NCBI GenBank assembly: GCA_965369865.1 | Contig: CBDURU010000002.1 | Coordinates: 1 to 64,000 of the forward strand | Direction of reading: 5' to 3' | DNA length: 64,000 bases | Source of the DNA: an uncultured bacterium | Lineage (GTDB): Bacteria > JAJVIF01 > JAPKYR01 | Shown here: in pieces, positions 1 through 10,102 of the stretch | Layout of the letters: each line of letters starts with the position of its first letter | Numbering within the stretch: the first letter of the stretch is position 1 | Notes under the pieces: model-generated | What the model was told of the DNA's origin: nothing | Databases searched by the model: none | The model's input: only the letters and a program-made list of their open reading frames with translations | Translations under genes and position numbers: made by a program

Positions 1-242
1 TCCCCTTACAGTGACGACCCCGGGGACACCTGCTTTTCGACGGGCGAAAAGAGATTTCCCCTGTATATTTTGACGGGCGAAAAGAGATTTCCCCTTTCAG
101 TAACGACCCCGGGGACATGTCTTTTTTCTCCAGTTACGCCGTTGAATCATGCTAAGTGGTGATTAGGGAAAAAAGCACGTGTCCCCTTACAGTGACGACC
201 CCGGGGACACCTGCTTTTCGACGGGCGAAAAGAGATGTCCCC
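1..242. repeat. Cluster of GGGGAC...GTCCCC REP-like hairpins; about 60-bp block repeated at a 181-bp period
   Basis: GGGGACACCTGCTTTTCGACGGGCGAAAAGAGAT(T/G)TCCCC at 22-61 and 203-242, a partial copy at about 70-94, and a long-loop GGGGAC..GTCCCC hairpin at 111-186; tccccttacagtgacgaccc occurs at 1 and 182. Confidence 0.9.
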
Positions 243-304
243 GTGGGATTTATACAATTTCAAGTTGAATTGGTCTGAGAACCGGGCTACAGAATTTAAG
301 ACCA

Positions 305-1651
305 TCAGTCGCTTTCGTACCTATCCAAATCTGGCATCTGGAATTTTTGCCCAATCAGGTTCGCGAGATCGGGCACACTGGTAACCTCAAGGCTGTAATT
401 TACCCTGACACTTGGTTTATTGAAAATTATAAGTCTTCGAAGGTCGATCGGGGTGCCAATCACGACAACATCGCAGTCAACAGCATTGATGGTGTCCTCA
501 AGGTCCTTAATCTGCTGACCGGAATATCCCATCGCCGGAAGAAGTTGTCCGATGTCCGGGTACTTCTCGAAAGTCGCCTTCAGGCTTCCCTTAAGGTAAG
601 GCCTTGGATCGACCAGCTCAGCGACACCGGCAGCCTTAGCGGCAACCGTCCCCGCCCCGAATTTCATTCCGCCATGTGTGCAGGTCGGGCCATCCTCTAC
701 GATCAACGCGCGTTTCCCCTCAATCAATTCAGGGTCCTCGGGAATCGCAGGCGAATTGGCATAAACAACAACCGCATCGGGATTGTGATTCCTGATATTT
801 TCCTCGATAATTTTTACATTTTCGGGATCGGCTGAGTCCATCTTGTTGAAAAGGATGATGTCAGCCATCTCGAAATTGTCCTTACCGGGATAGTAATCGA
901 GTTCGTGCCCGGGCCTGTGGGGATCGACGAGAGTGATGTGCAGGTCGGGTTTGTAGAATGGCGTGTCGTTATTACCCCCGTCCCAGAGAATAATATCGGC
1001 CTCTTTTTCAGCTTCCGTGAGAATTGCATGGTAATCGACGCCGGCATAAACGACCGTATCGTTAATGATGTGAGGCTCGTATTCCTCCATTTCCTCGATC
1101 GTGCACTCATATTTTTTCAAATCTTCGATTGTCTCGAATCGCTGTACAGCCTGTTTCGCGAGGTTACCGTACGGCATCGGGTGACGGATCGCGACAACTT
1201 TCAGCCCCATACCGAGCAGGATGTCGCGGACACGCCGGGTGGTCTGGCTTTTCCCGCAACCGGTTCGTACGGCACAGATAGCAATTACTGGTTTGGAAGA
1301 CTGGATCATGGTCTCATCGGCCGTTGTCAGGCGGAAAGACGCGCCTGTGTCCTCGCAGCGTTTTCGCATTTTCTCGAGATAGTCGTAGGAAACATCCGAG
1401 TAGGCGAAGACACATTCCTCCACTCCATACTCTTTTACTAGTTTTTCGAGATCGTCCTCATCTTCGATGGGGATCCCGTCGGGATAACCGTCACCAGCGA
1501 TTGAAGCGGGATAAATACGATCTTCGATCCAGGGAATCTGCGTTGCCGTGAACGCCACTACCTCGAACTCGTCACGTTTACCTCTGAAAACACAATTGAA
1601 AGTGTGGAAATCCTTCCCGGCGGCGCCGAGAATCAAAATCTTTTTAGCCAT
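305..1651 (-). CDS. arcE: COG2403 P-loop protein (annotated as cyclic 2,3-diphosphoglycerate synthase/GTPase); probable arginine synthetase ArcE
   Basis: ILGAAGKDFH, VAFTATQIP, AVRTGCGKSQ P-loop, RHPMPYG, WDGGNND and EDGPTCTHGGM motifs; start reset to ATG 1651 (MAKK), downstream of an AAGGAG RBS. Confidence 0.75.
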   Translation of the reverse strand: MAKKILILGAAGKDFHTFNCVFRGKRDEFEVVAFTATQIPWIEDRIYPASIAGDGYPDGIPIEDEDDLEKLVKEYGVEECVFAYSDVSYDYLEKMRKRCEDTGASFRLTTADETMIQSSKPVIAICAVRTGCGKSQTTRRVRDILLGMGLKVVAIRHPMPYGNLAKQAVQRFETIEDLKKYECTIEEMEEYEPHIINDTVVYAGVDYHAILTEAEKEADIILWDGGNNDTPFYKPDLHITLVDPHRPGHELDYYPGKDNFEMADIILFNKMDSADPENVKIIEENIRNHNPDAVVVYANSPAIPEDPELIEGKRALIVEDGPTCTHGGMKFGAGTVAAKAAGVAELVDPRPYLKGSLKATFEKYPDIGQLLPAMGYSGQQIKDLEDTINAVDCDVVVIGTPIDLRRLIIFNKPSVRVNYSLEVTSVPDLANLIGQKFQMPDLDRYESD

Positions 1652-1826
1652 TATGCGACTCCTTAAGTATTTTGATAAGGAGGGGTCGTTTAACAGATGT
1701 GCTCCAGATATGGCTGGGGTTCGACGGCAGGACACCCGACCGCGTCGAACCAGTGTTGAGTTTACTGAAAGGCATGAAGTTTAGCAAGAGTGCCAACCAG
1801 TGATAGTTTGCAATGAGAAGAAATTT

Positions 1827-2555
1827 TCATGGCCGGCTGGCCAGAATTTCCTTTATCTCCGAAATTTCCTTTCGCACGGCCTTGAATTCGGCTACTTCAT
1901 CGCAGTTGTTATCAAGAAACCATGACGCTACAAATCCTGTAAACGTACCGAATAACCCTACACCTGAGGTCATCAAAACTGTTGAAATTATCCGTCCACC
2001 CGTTGTTACAGCCACTTTGTCGCCATAACCGACAGTCGTGATCGTAACAAACGCCCACCAAACAGCGTCCTCAGGCGTCAGAATATTTGATTCGGGTGTC
2101 ACCTCAAACTGGAGAATAGCGATGCTTGAAAATACGAGCAGGATAAGCGAAATAAATGTCGCAGTAAGGAATGCGGACTGGGCTTTCTTTTCCAGCATAA
2201 ATACCAAGAGAGTTTTAACCGACCTGACGCCACGGAGCACACGGAGGATCCGGAAAATTCGCGCAAGCCTTCCCCACCTCGCGTAGGAAAGCATCGGTAT
2301 GCTGGATATCAGGTCTATCCAACCCCATTTAAGATAGTCGAGTTTATTTTTAGCCCGGTTAAGACAAATGAAAAAATCCGCAATAAAAATAAAGCAGATC
2401 GCGTTATCGACATAATACAGGATGCGCGATGCTTCATCCGAAAGATTAAAGAATGTATCGGCCGCGAGCGCGAGCAGGACGTAGATGCAAAGTCCGAGCA
2501 TAAAAAGCTGGTATGGCCGAGGTTGCTGTTGTTGATCCATTGTGATGCCCTCCAA
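1827..2555 (-). CDS. Voltage-gated-type potassium channel / ion transport protein
   Basis: TVGYGD selectivity filter, Arg-rich S4 (RLARIFRILRVLR), six TM segments; start may be 2540. Confidence 0.92.
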   Translation of the reverse strand: MEGITMDQQQQPRPYQLFMLGLCIYVLLALAADTFFNLSDEASRILYYVDNAICFIFIADFFICLNRAKNKLDYLKWGWIDLISSIPMLSYARWGRLARIFRILRVLRGVRSVKTLLVFMLEKKAQSAFLTATFISLILLVFSSIAILQFEVTPESNILTPEDAVWWAFVTITTVGYGDKVAVTTGGRIISTVLMTSGVGLFGTFTGFVASWFLDNNCDEVAEFKAVRKEISEIKEILASRP

Positions 2556-2644
2556 ACGGTCGGCATGGATGTGCCTATGTAATAATATCCTGAATGGAAG
2601 GTGGGGAAAGAATCCATTTACAGAATGTAAATGGGACTGAAGAT

Positions 2645-2709
2645 CATGCGCAGAATGCGCATGTTACAGTCGGGTTACAGGGGGCATGTATAGAATGCGC
2701 ATGTTACAG
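2645..2709. repeat. Two copies of a REP-like hairpin (minus strand CTGTAA-CATGCGCA-TTC-TGCGCATG)
   Basis: agaatgcgcatgttacag at 2652-2669 and 2692-2709; the first copy is a perfect 8-bp palindrome and the second is degenerate. Confidence 0.7.
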
Positions 2710-2716
2710 ATTTTTT

Positions 2717-3769
2717 TTAGATATACAGGATGAATCCGTAGAAGTGGACGTTTTTCATGCGCTCGATGCCCAGATCGACAATTTCATCGAGGTAATCGGT
2801 GATTTCGGTGTACATGAGGCGTAGATTTGGTAAGGTCCATTCGAAGCCCCAGGTTGACCGGCCGTCCAGGTTGCCGTAGCGAAGTCTGGCAAGGCCGCCG
2901 AGGTTTAATTCCATGCCGAACATGGATTTTCGGGACGGGATGTCGGAATTAATTGCAGTGGGCCCACTTTCCCTGAACCTGGAATATTCATCCTCCCAGA
3001 CCAGTGTCAACCATCCGGCAGGTTTAAGTTCCCATGCGCTGTTACCCCGGGTGATTCTCCCGCTATTGCCGTTGTTGTAATCAAAATCAACCTTCGAACT
3101 GGAACCGGCATAAGTTAGTCCAGGGAATACTCTCTGCCTGAAACCAAGAATGTAACCGTCCCCATATTTTGTCCAGTCTGACAGACGCTCTCGGTTGGTT
3201 TCACTGTATGAGTCCAATTCAGGTTGAGACAATCGATGCACGAAACTTCGACGTGCCGCGCCGATTTGGGTAAGTGATGAAAGAGAGAATCCAAGTCCTT
3301 CGAATCGCTCGACTCCGGCAAAATGTTCGATTGGAAATTCAAATTGATCTGTCAGGGTACTGTAATCGTAACCCATCTCACCCTGGAAATTAAATCCGAT
3401 CCCCAGGGTGATATTCGGTCCGAGCGGGACAATTATCGCCTGCGTATCGCCATCGAGCTGGTCGACTTCGGTGGGTGTGATTTCATCAGGAAAGTGCCTT
3501 GAGCTGTGGTTGTGCATCAATGCGAACCTGTGCTGATTTGCCAGTGCCGCCGGATTAAAAAAGATCGCGGATGGATCGTCCGCCAGCGCGGTACCAGCCT
3601 GCCCCATCGATAAAGGCCGGCAGGATAGCCGCGAGAAATCATCGTAGTTTGGGTTGTAAGCGCCGGTTTGAGGTGCGAATAAGAAAAAGGAGGTAATAGC
3701 CAGAGTACAACCAATGACAATTCGTCTGAGAATTGGACGGGAATTTTGTATGAAGTCGCCCAAAGGCAT
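2717..3769 (-). CDS. Outer-membrane beta-barrel, FadL/PorV-like N-terminal signature
   Basis: RPLSMGQAGTALADDPSAIFFNPAALA motif after a signal peptide; amphipathic strands; ATG overlaps the upstream stop (TAATG at 3769). Confidence 0.7.
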   Translation of the reverse strand: MPLGDFIQNSRPILRRIVIGCTLAITSFFLFAPQTGAYNPNYDDFSRLSCRPLSMGQAGTALADDPSAIFFNPAALANQHRFALMHNHSSRHFPDEITPTEVDQLDGDTQAIIVPLGPNITLGIGFNFQGEMGYDYSTLTDQFEFPIEHFAGVERFEGLGFSLSSLTQIGAARRSFVHRLSQPELDSYSETNRERLSDWTKYGDGYILGFRQRVFPGLTYAGSSSKVDFDYNNGNSGRITRGNSAWELKPAGWLTLVWEDEYSRFRESGPTAINSDIPSRKSMFGMELNLGGLARLRYGNLDGRSTWGFEWTLPNLRLMYTEITDYLDEIVDLGIERMKNVHFYGFILYI

Positions 3770-3984
3770 TATTTTGATACCTCTGGGTTGTACGGGATGC
3801 ACAGGGCGAAGATCAGGTAGATTACGGGAACCGCAAGTCCGGCCTGGGTGAGGAACAGCAATGCGACAATTGCTATGCGCAGAATGATCGGGTCTATTTT
3901 GAAATACTCACCGAGTCCACCGAGGAGGCCGAGGAGGATTTTACTTTTTTTTGACCGGTACAGGCGTTTGTAGGGTTTTTCCAT
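3769..3984 (-). CDS. PspC domain protein
   Basis: KRLYRSKKSKILLGLLGGLGEYFKIDPIILR...YLIFALCIP matches the PspC consensus. Confidence 0.9.
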   Translation of the reverse strand: MEKPYKRLYRSKKSKILLGLLGGLGEYFKIDPIILRIAIVALLFLTQAGLAVPVIYLIFALCIPYNPEVSK

Positions 3985-4101
3985 GCGACGGGACCTCTGG
4001 TTGTTAGGATTGATGGCAGTATAATCAAGTGGTTATGGGAAAGTCAAAGAGGAAGAGTGGGAATGAGGGGGAGCGAAGCGGTCGGTACTGTTGAGGTCGG
4101 T

Positions 4102-4137
4102 AAAAAAAGTCCCCGGGTGTTTGAGGCCCGGGAACTT
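4102..4137 (-). terminator. Intrinsic terminator after the lipoprotein pair
   Basis: Minus strand AAGTTCCCGGG-cctcaaaca-CCCGGGGACTT followed by a U-tract. Confidence 0.7.
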
Positions 4138-4180
4138 AAGAATTTCAAAAATTTGTGATAACTGGTTTATAAGAAGAGCT

Positions 4181-6127
4181 TTAATTGGTCCTTTTCTGAA
4201 TGTAGATATTATAATCGCCGGTTTCTTCCTTAGCGTAGGCAGCAATCAGATCCGTGCTGAACGGATCGTTTCGAACATGGCTGTATTTATAAACTCCAAC
4301 ACCGCCACTGCCGAGTACAACAGAATCGCTGAATGTGTCACCACCATTTGATGATTCGACATAGCGGACTTCGTCATCGGCATCATACAATATCGAGACA
4401 GTACCATCTTCGTAAGAAATTGAATGGAAAACAGGTTCAGTAGTCAGGCCACCCTCAAGTATGACAACATGCGGAAGGTCAGGCGGCAATGCATTGAAAC
4501 GGTAATAGGCAACCTCATATGTTCCACCGGTTTCTTTCGCGATAACCAGGTGGTATGGCAGGTTCGATTCAGGCGCGACAGCCGGTTCGATAAGCCGTCC
4601 AGGCGACGTGTAAGCAGCTAACTTGAACCACGTAAAAACGCCAGGCGATTCTTCGGCATACCATGCGAAATCTATCGTGTAATCATCGTGGATATAAAAC
4701 ATCTTAGGAACATCGACCAGTTGCACAAAACCGTCGTTGATTGAATAAACCGCATTATAGAAAGACTGTATATTATCCAGGGTGAATGTATTGATATCAT
4801 ATGGTGATGTGGAATGGAATCCAAACATTGACCAGCTACCGGTCCACATGTCCAGAAGTGTACCGTCCGATTTAATTCCAAAGTCACAGGACCATGGCTG
4901 CGTGGTCATACCCATAATGTTTGGTTGTACCGGACCGTTCCAGTCGCCACCCTGGTAGGCCATTATATAAGTCTCTTTATCTGTCGATTTCTGGTATTGA
5001 ACATAGATTCCGTTATCGGCACCACGGACCGCATGGAGTGTATCAACACCCAGGTAGGAGTCAATGACGGTTGGTGCCGACCATGAAGCCCCTGCATTTA
5101 ATGAGGTTCTAAAAAGGATATCGGTGCCGTCAGTGTAAATAATCCAGACTTCACCCGCTCGATATACAATCCGTGGCAGGATTTCATCGACACCGGGTTC
5201 ACCGGAGACCAGGATGGGATCGTCGAATTCAGGCAAATCACTCCCGATCTCGATCGTGAAGGTGTTATAAAGGGCGTCCGATGCCGCAGTATCCCAGGCG
5301 GCCACCCATACATCATAATCACCCGTTACAACTCCACCGGTATTGTAAATTGTCGTCTGCCAGTGAGTCTCATCAATTTGAATCAGGTGCACATCGCCAC
5401 CGGTGATCGGGTTCGCCTCGATAATAACATCGGCGGCTGTTACATCCTGCCAGTCGAGGACTTCTATAATAACATCCAATGACCCTTCGGTTTCTATTAT
5501 TTCCCCGGTGACATCGATACTGACGATATCGTACGGTTCAGGGCAGTTCTCAGGCCAGGACGCTTCTATCAGCAGGGCGGCTTTAATGGGTGGTACGAAA
5601 TGCAACTCGTAAAATTCCGTCTTGATGTACTGATGGGGCATTGCGTTCTTGTTCCAGAACGTTCGGTTGGGTTCATCCTTGGCAAATGCCCTGAAGGGAT
5701 TGGCTATCGGCGGTTCGGATAGATCGAAAAGTTTCGTATAGTCATCGGCATTCAGGAGCTCACCATCACCCAAGCCTGTTACAATTCCCCTGACATCAAA
5801 ACCATCGACCTCGAACGGGTTATCGAGGATCACCTTAATAACCATAATCATGGTGTCAGGATCCCAGGAAACTATTGTCATATTGATGTGGTCCGGAATG
5901 AAAAAGTCTGTTACGTTAATGTGAAATCCCAAGGTCCGATTTGGTGCGATCACAAGTTCATCGGATACACCATCCCAACTGAAATCGAGTGCCGCCCAGA
6001 GCTGGTGGCCTTCCCGGGCATCAAGGGGAGTCACCGGATTGGGAGCGGTAATATCTCCTCTTTCAGAGCATCCGAGTATAGTTACCAGAAAAATAAACAC
6101 CAGTAAACAAACCACTTTGAATCGCAT
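4181..6127 (-). CDS. Lipoprotein: conserved N-terminal domain plus C-terminal Asp-box (BNR/sialidase-like) beta-propeller
   Basis: Lipobox ILGC; Asp boxes SLNAGASW and SSNGGDTF; ATG 6127 downstream of GGAGG. Confidence 0.75.
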   Translation of the reverse strand: MRFKVVCLLVFIFLVTILGCSERGDITAPNPVTPLDAREGHQLWAALDFSWDGVSDELVIAPNRTLGFHINVTDFFIPDHINMTIVSWDPDTMIMVIKVILDNPFEVDGFDVRGIVTGLGDGELLNADDYTKLFDLSEPPIANPFRAFAKDEPNRTFWNKNAMPHQYIKTEFYELHFVPPIKAALLIEASWPENCPEPYDIVSIDVTGEIIETEGSLDVIIEVLDWQDVTAADVIIEANPITGGDVHLIQIDETHWQTTIYNTGGVVTGDYDVWVAAWDTAASDALYNTFTIEIGSDLPEFDDPILVSGEPGVDEILPRIVYRAGEVWIIYTDGTDILFRTSLNAGASWSAPTVIDSYLGVDTLHAVRGADNGIYVQYQKSTDKETYIMAYQGGDWNGPVQPNIMGMTTQPWSCDFGIKSDGTLLDMWTGSWSMFGFHSTSPYDINTFTLDNIQSFYNAVYSINDGFVQLVDVPKMFYIHDDYTIDFAWYAEESPGVFTWFKLAAYTSPGRLIEPAVAPESNLPYHLVIAKETGGTYEVAYYRFNALPPDLPHVVILEGGLTTEPVFHSISYEDGTVSILYDADDEVRYVESSNGGDTFSDSVVLGSGGVGVYKYSHVRNDPFSTDLIAAYAKEETGDYNIYIQKRTN

Positions 6128-6193
6128 GATGTCGACCTCCAACATAGCTATCATAAATTTGTAAGATTTTATTATTTTTATAACAATGTTATT

Positions 6194-7918
6194 TTATTCG
6201 GCAAATTCCACCAGGATCTCTTCGATATGCCAACCGAAATTATACGGCAGGCAGTTGTCTATGTAATCATAAGTGTCAAGTACAAACTCGACCGTAATTG
6301 TGGTCCCGTTGTAATCTGTCCCAAGGTTGAAAGTGCTTTCTGTCCAGTCGTATTCATCGGTCCAGCATTTGATTGGATCGAAAGTCATGGGATAGTAATT
6401 ATCCTCGTAAGGCGGTCCGCCGGTAGGAAATACCTGCTCGCCGTTCACACGCACAAAGCACATATCCCAGGCAAAATGACCAAAAAATTCAACCGGGTCG
6501 ACCTGGATTTCGTGGTTAAAAACAATAATCAGGTCACTCGACGATTCCGGTATATCGATCGGCGGTGAGGAAACATAGCTGACGTTAAGATTCTCATCCT
6601 GACTGCCAGTATCCTCTTCGAAACATGTTCCATCACCAGTCACACCACCGGCCGCATGCATAAAGCTATCCAATTTTCCCCACCAGTCCCCGCCATGGGC
6701 TACCCATTCATATTCGAAATTTTCGAAATCATCATAGAAAGGCCAACCGGGAATATTAATGTCACTCTCTACCGATACTTCATGCAGTACATACGTTGCA
6801 AGTTCCTGGCCCGGAAGACGCCCGTCATATCCTTCGCCATCAAGAGCGACAGCCGCCACCAGGACCTCAAATGAATCGGCTGAAGTAAGAACGATATTCT
6901 GAACATTCAATTCAAATGTCACGTGATCTCCATTCTGGAGGGTAAAAGTCATTTCCTGCCTTGGGAAAATTCCCGGGGACTCGATGAAGACCGTATCCTG
7001 GTCGGCATTTTCGAAATCACGGACCAGCACCTGGAGAATAAGTTCACCCGATTGCACATCTTCGATAAATGACAGGTCATTTTGGAGCTCCACAAGATCG
7101 ACTCGCCATGGCTCGGTAGCCACGGTTCCCGGCGGGTAATCATCCGGTCCTTGTGGAGGATTGTTTAGAGGCGGTTCCCAACTTGCAACAACCGCATACT
7201 GGAACTGGAAAATTCCCTGGCCATGGAAATCGAATTCATAATGCCGCCAGTTCAGATTTCCGGCGAAGATAATCGATTTCATAGACTCATCCAGGTCCAT
7301 GTTATCGGGCAGAGCAGAGAGCCCATCCGCAAACAGTTTGTAAGGATTAATTGTGCTCAGAAAATCTCCACCGTTCGGGTTGCCATATTTACCGGGATAG
7401 TAATTGAGTATCGTCCCATCATATGGGAATTCAACCGGGTTCATCCATCGGGTATATCCATCAGCGTTCAAAAGGCGCATTTCATCCGGGCTGGACATGA
7501 CAATATCAGGATTGGCGAATCCCGACATTGTACCGTCCGACAGGAAAATTCCGCGAGTAGAGAATATCGTGAACTCAGGAGAACCGGCGAAAGGATGCCA
7601 GATTCCCATTTCGAACGACATCTCCGGAGGATTAATCTGCAAGTTTGAAATAAGAATGGCATTTACATCCGGAGCTTCGAGGAACTTAAGAATGTTAAGT
7701 TCAATTTCGACAGATCGATTGGGGATTATTTCAGCCTGGAGCGTATCCGGGTCGATTATGATGTCGTAGAGCCCCAGTAGATGCGTTCCGGACTGTGAAA
7801 CAACCCGCGCCGGTTCAACTCCCGGCTGGGTTGGTGACTGGGAACCGGAAGATGTCGCACACCCGGATAGCAGTATTGCCGCGAACACAGTGAAACACAA
7901 TATTTGGATATACCTCAT
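6194..7918 (-). CDS. Lipoprotein, paralogue of 4181-6127, with a C-terminal acidic beta-sandwich (MAM/choice-of-anchor-like)
   Basis: Lipobox LSGC; shares PNR, RGI, LLNADxYT, NPF/Y and ASW motifs with its neighbour; FYDDFEN...SPPIDI...GWHIEEI pattern; ATG 7918 downstream of AGGAGG. Confidence 0.75.
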   Translation of the reverse strand: MRYIQILCFTVFAAILLSGCATSSGSQSPTQPGVEPARVVSQSGTHLLGLYDIIIDPDTLQAEIIPNRSVEIELNILKFLEAPDVNAILISNLQINPPEMSFEMGIWHPFAGSPEFTIFSTRGIFLSDGTMSGFANPDIVMSSPDEMRLLNADGYTRWMNPVEFPYDGTILNYYPGKYGNPNGGDFLSTINPYKLFADGLSALPDNMDLDESMKSIIFAGNLNWRHYEFDFHGQGIFQFQYAVVASWEPPLNNPPQGPDDYPPGTVATEPWRVDLVELQNDLSFIEDVQSGELILQVLVRDFENADQDTVFIESPGIFPRQEMTFTLQNGDHVTFELNVQNIVLTSADSFEVLVAAVALDGEGYDGRLPGQELATYVLHEVSVESDINIPGWPFYDDFENFEYEWVAHGGDWWGKLDSFMHAAGGVTGDGTCFEEDTGSQDENLNVSYVSSPPIDIPESSSDLIIVFNHEIQVDPVEFFGHFAWDMCFVRVNGEQVFPTGGPPYEDNYYPMTFDPIKCWTDEYDWTESTFNLGTDYNGTTITVEFVLDTYDYIDNCLPYNFGWHIEEILVEFAE

Positions 7919-8402
7919 TAACAGGTCCTCCTGAGACCGATCTATGGATATGTGAAGTCTAACCCTATATTCGTATCGAAACCCCACCGACCCATTCTTA
8001 CATACCAATCAAACTGGTCCATCACCGAAAGTCCGAAGGAGGCGGGAGCCTCATGGTATCCGTTCGAGAGGGTCAGGAGACAAAAATAATGATAACATAT
8101 GTAGGAAATTCAGTCCATTATATTGATATATCCTTTCAGCATTAATCATATCCTGTGCCGGAAAACCGGATAATCGTACTGACTTCCCTGCCTCAAATAA
8201 TTTAACCGGAGGGGAGTCAGCTTGACACTTGTATTTCAATATGTTAAAAATTCCTGTTCGCGCGGGGGTGAATATATCAACCTGCTCGAATACAAAAATT
8301 TGCGAACCTTTTGATGCTTTCGTGTGTCAGAAAATCACTGAGGGCATAATTTTTAAATCGAGATTAAAGGAACCAAAACGGTAAGGGAGACAGATCCCAG
8401 CA

Positions 8403-9353
8403 ATGATCGAAGTTAAAAACCTATTCAAATCGTATGGAAGCACAAAGGCGGTTGACGACATTTCCTTCACGATTAACAAGGGAGAGATCGTGGGGTTACT
8501 TGGTCCTAACGGCGCGGGTAAAACCACGGCCATGCGGATACTCACCTGCTATATCTCGCCTGACTCGGGTGAAGCGTCAATCGGCGGTTACAGTATCCTG
8601 AACCAGTCACTGGACGTTCGGAGGATAATCGGGTACCTTCCCGAAGCCGCACCACTTTACCAGGAGATGAATGTTGTGGACTACCTTGGGTTCATAGCCG
8701 ATATCCACGGACTCGGGGTAAAAAAGAAATCCCGTATAGAAGAGATGATCGATATAACCGCGCTGAACGAGGTAGTGTTCAAGGATATCCACGAGCTTAG
8801 TAAAGGTTACCGTCAGAGGGTCGGACTTGCAACCGCGATGATCCACGATCCGGAATACCTGGTTCTCGACGAGCCTACCACGGGGCTGGACCCGAACCAG
8901 ATTGTCGAGATAAGGAATCTGATTCGCGAGATCGGGCACGACCGGAACAAGTGTGTCATGCTCTCCACGCATATCCTTCCCGAGGTCGAAGCCACATGCG
9001 ACCGTGCTATAATCATTGATGAGGGTAAAATTATCGCTGAGGGCACTACAACGGAGCTGTCCGGGTTCGCCCGTGGATCGGATGTCTATCATGTCGGGGT
9101 CGTCGGTAACGCGAATATCGTGGAGTCAGCAATAAAATCTCACGAAAAAATCGCGGATTTCAATTTGAGAGAGGACCTTGGGGAGAATCGTCTTATCTAT
9201 GACATCACATCCAACTCGGACCAGGACATTTCCGAGGAGATATTCGATATGGCAGTAAAGTCCGGATTTAAGCTTACCAGGCTGACACGTGAAACCGCCA
9301 GCCTTGAGGATGTATTCCGGACCCTTACAACAAAGGAGGTGAGGGCAAAGTGA
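8403..9353 (+). CDS. ABC transporter ATP-binding protein, GldA-like
   Basis: GPNGAGKTT, LSKGYRQRVGLA, LDEPTTGLDP. Confidence 0.95.
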   Translation: MIEVKNLFKSYGSTKAVDDISFTINKGEIVGLLGPNGAGKTTAMRILTCYISPDSGEASIGGYSILNQSLDVRRIIGYLPEAAPLYQEMNVVDYLGFIADIHGLGVKKKSRIEEMIDITALNEVVFKDIHELSKGYRQRVGLATAMIHDPEYLVLDEPTTGLDPNQIVEIRNLIREIGHDRNKCVMLSTHILPEVEATCDRAIIIDEGKIIAEGTTTELSGFARGSDVYHVGVVGNANIVESAIKSHEKIADFNLREDLGENRLIYDITSNSDQDISEEIFDMAVKSGFKLTRLTRETASLEDVFRTLTTKEVRAK

Positions 9354-10087
9354 ATCGAGTAGCACCAGTATTTCAAAGGGAGCTTTCGCAGTATTTCAAC
9401 TCACCGCTCGGTTTTATTTACATCGATGTATTCCTGCTATTGACCGGGTTTTTCTTCTTCGAGCTGTTTTCGTTTTTCCTCGCGGAACAGGCGTCCATGA
9501 GAAACCTGTTCCAGCTTTTACCGTGGGTTTATCTATTTTTCGTGCCCGCGATCTCTATGAGGCTTCTTGCTGAAGACAAGAAAATTGGAACCGTAGAAGT
9601 GCTGATGACATTACCGCTCAGGGACTGGGAAGTTGTCCTCGCTAAATATTTCGCGTCATTTGTTTTCCTTACTGTCGCACTTCTCCTGACATTCCCGCTG
9701 ATCCTTGTCGTGAAGCAGGCCGCAACACCAGGGGTTATCCTCGATTACGGCCCTGTTTTCGGCGGTTACATCGCCGCTATTTTAATGGGCGGTGCGTTTC
9801 TCGCGGTTGGTATATTTTTCTCCAGTTTAACCGACAACCAGATAGTCGCGTTTATTCTATCCATAGTCACGATGGCGGTTTTCCTGTTGATCGGAATTCC
9901 GAATATCGCTGGAATTTTCCCTCCGGGGCTGCAAAAATTCGTTCTCAATATCAGCCTTATCAGTCACTTCTACTCGGTCGAGCGAGGGGTAATCGATTCG
10001 CGTGACATGCTCTACTACCTGTCGGTAATCTTCATATTCCTGTTCGCCACGATCCGCATGGTGGAAAGCCGGAAGTGGAAGGCGTGA
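9350..10087 (+). CDS. ABC-2 permease, GldF-like
   Basis: RELSQYFNSP, PAISMRLLAEDKKIGTVEVLMTLP, NQIVAF, GVIDSRD; GTGA overlap with the ATPase gene. Confidence 0.9.
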   Translation: MNRVAPVFQRELSQYFNSPLGFIYIDVFLLLTGFFFFELFSFFLAEQASMRNLFQLLPWVYLFFVPAISMRLLAEDKKIGTVEVLMTLPLRDWEVVLAKYFASFVFLTVALLLTFPLILVVKQAATPGVILDYGPVFGGYIAAILMGGAFLAVGIFFSSLTDNQIVAFILSIVTMAVFLLIGIPNIAGIFPPGLQKFVLNISLISHFYSVERGVIDSRDMLYYLSVIFIFLFATIRMVESRKWKA

Positions 10088-10102
10088 TGGAGGCTAAAAG
10101 AA

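Noticed and set aside
1..242. Possible CRISPR array end
   Set aside because: Long hairpin units with duplicated flanks and a solitary inverted copy at 13180 fit REP-like repeats better.
7920..8110. Riboswitch in the long leader of the lipoprotein pair
   Set aside because: GC-rich, but I could not match any aptamer consensus; an Rfam scan is needed.
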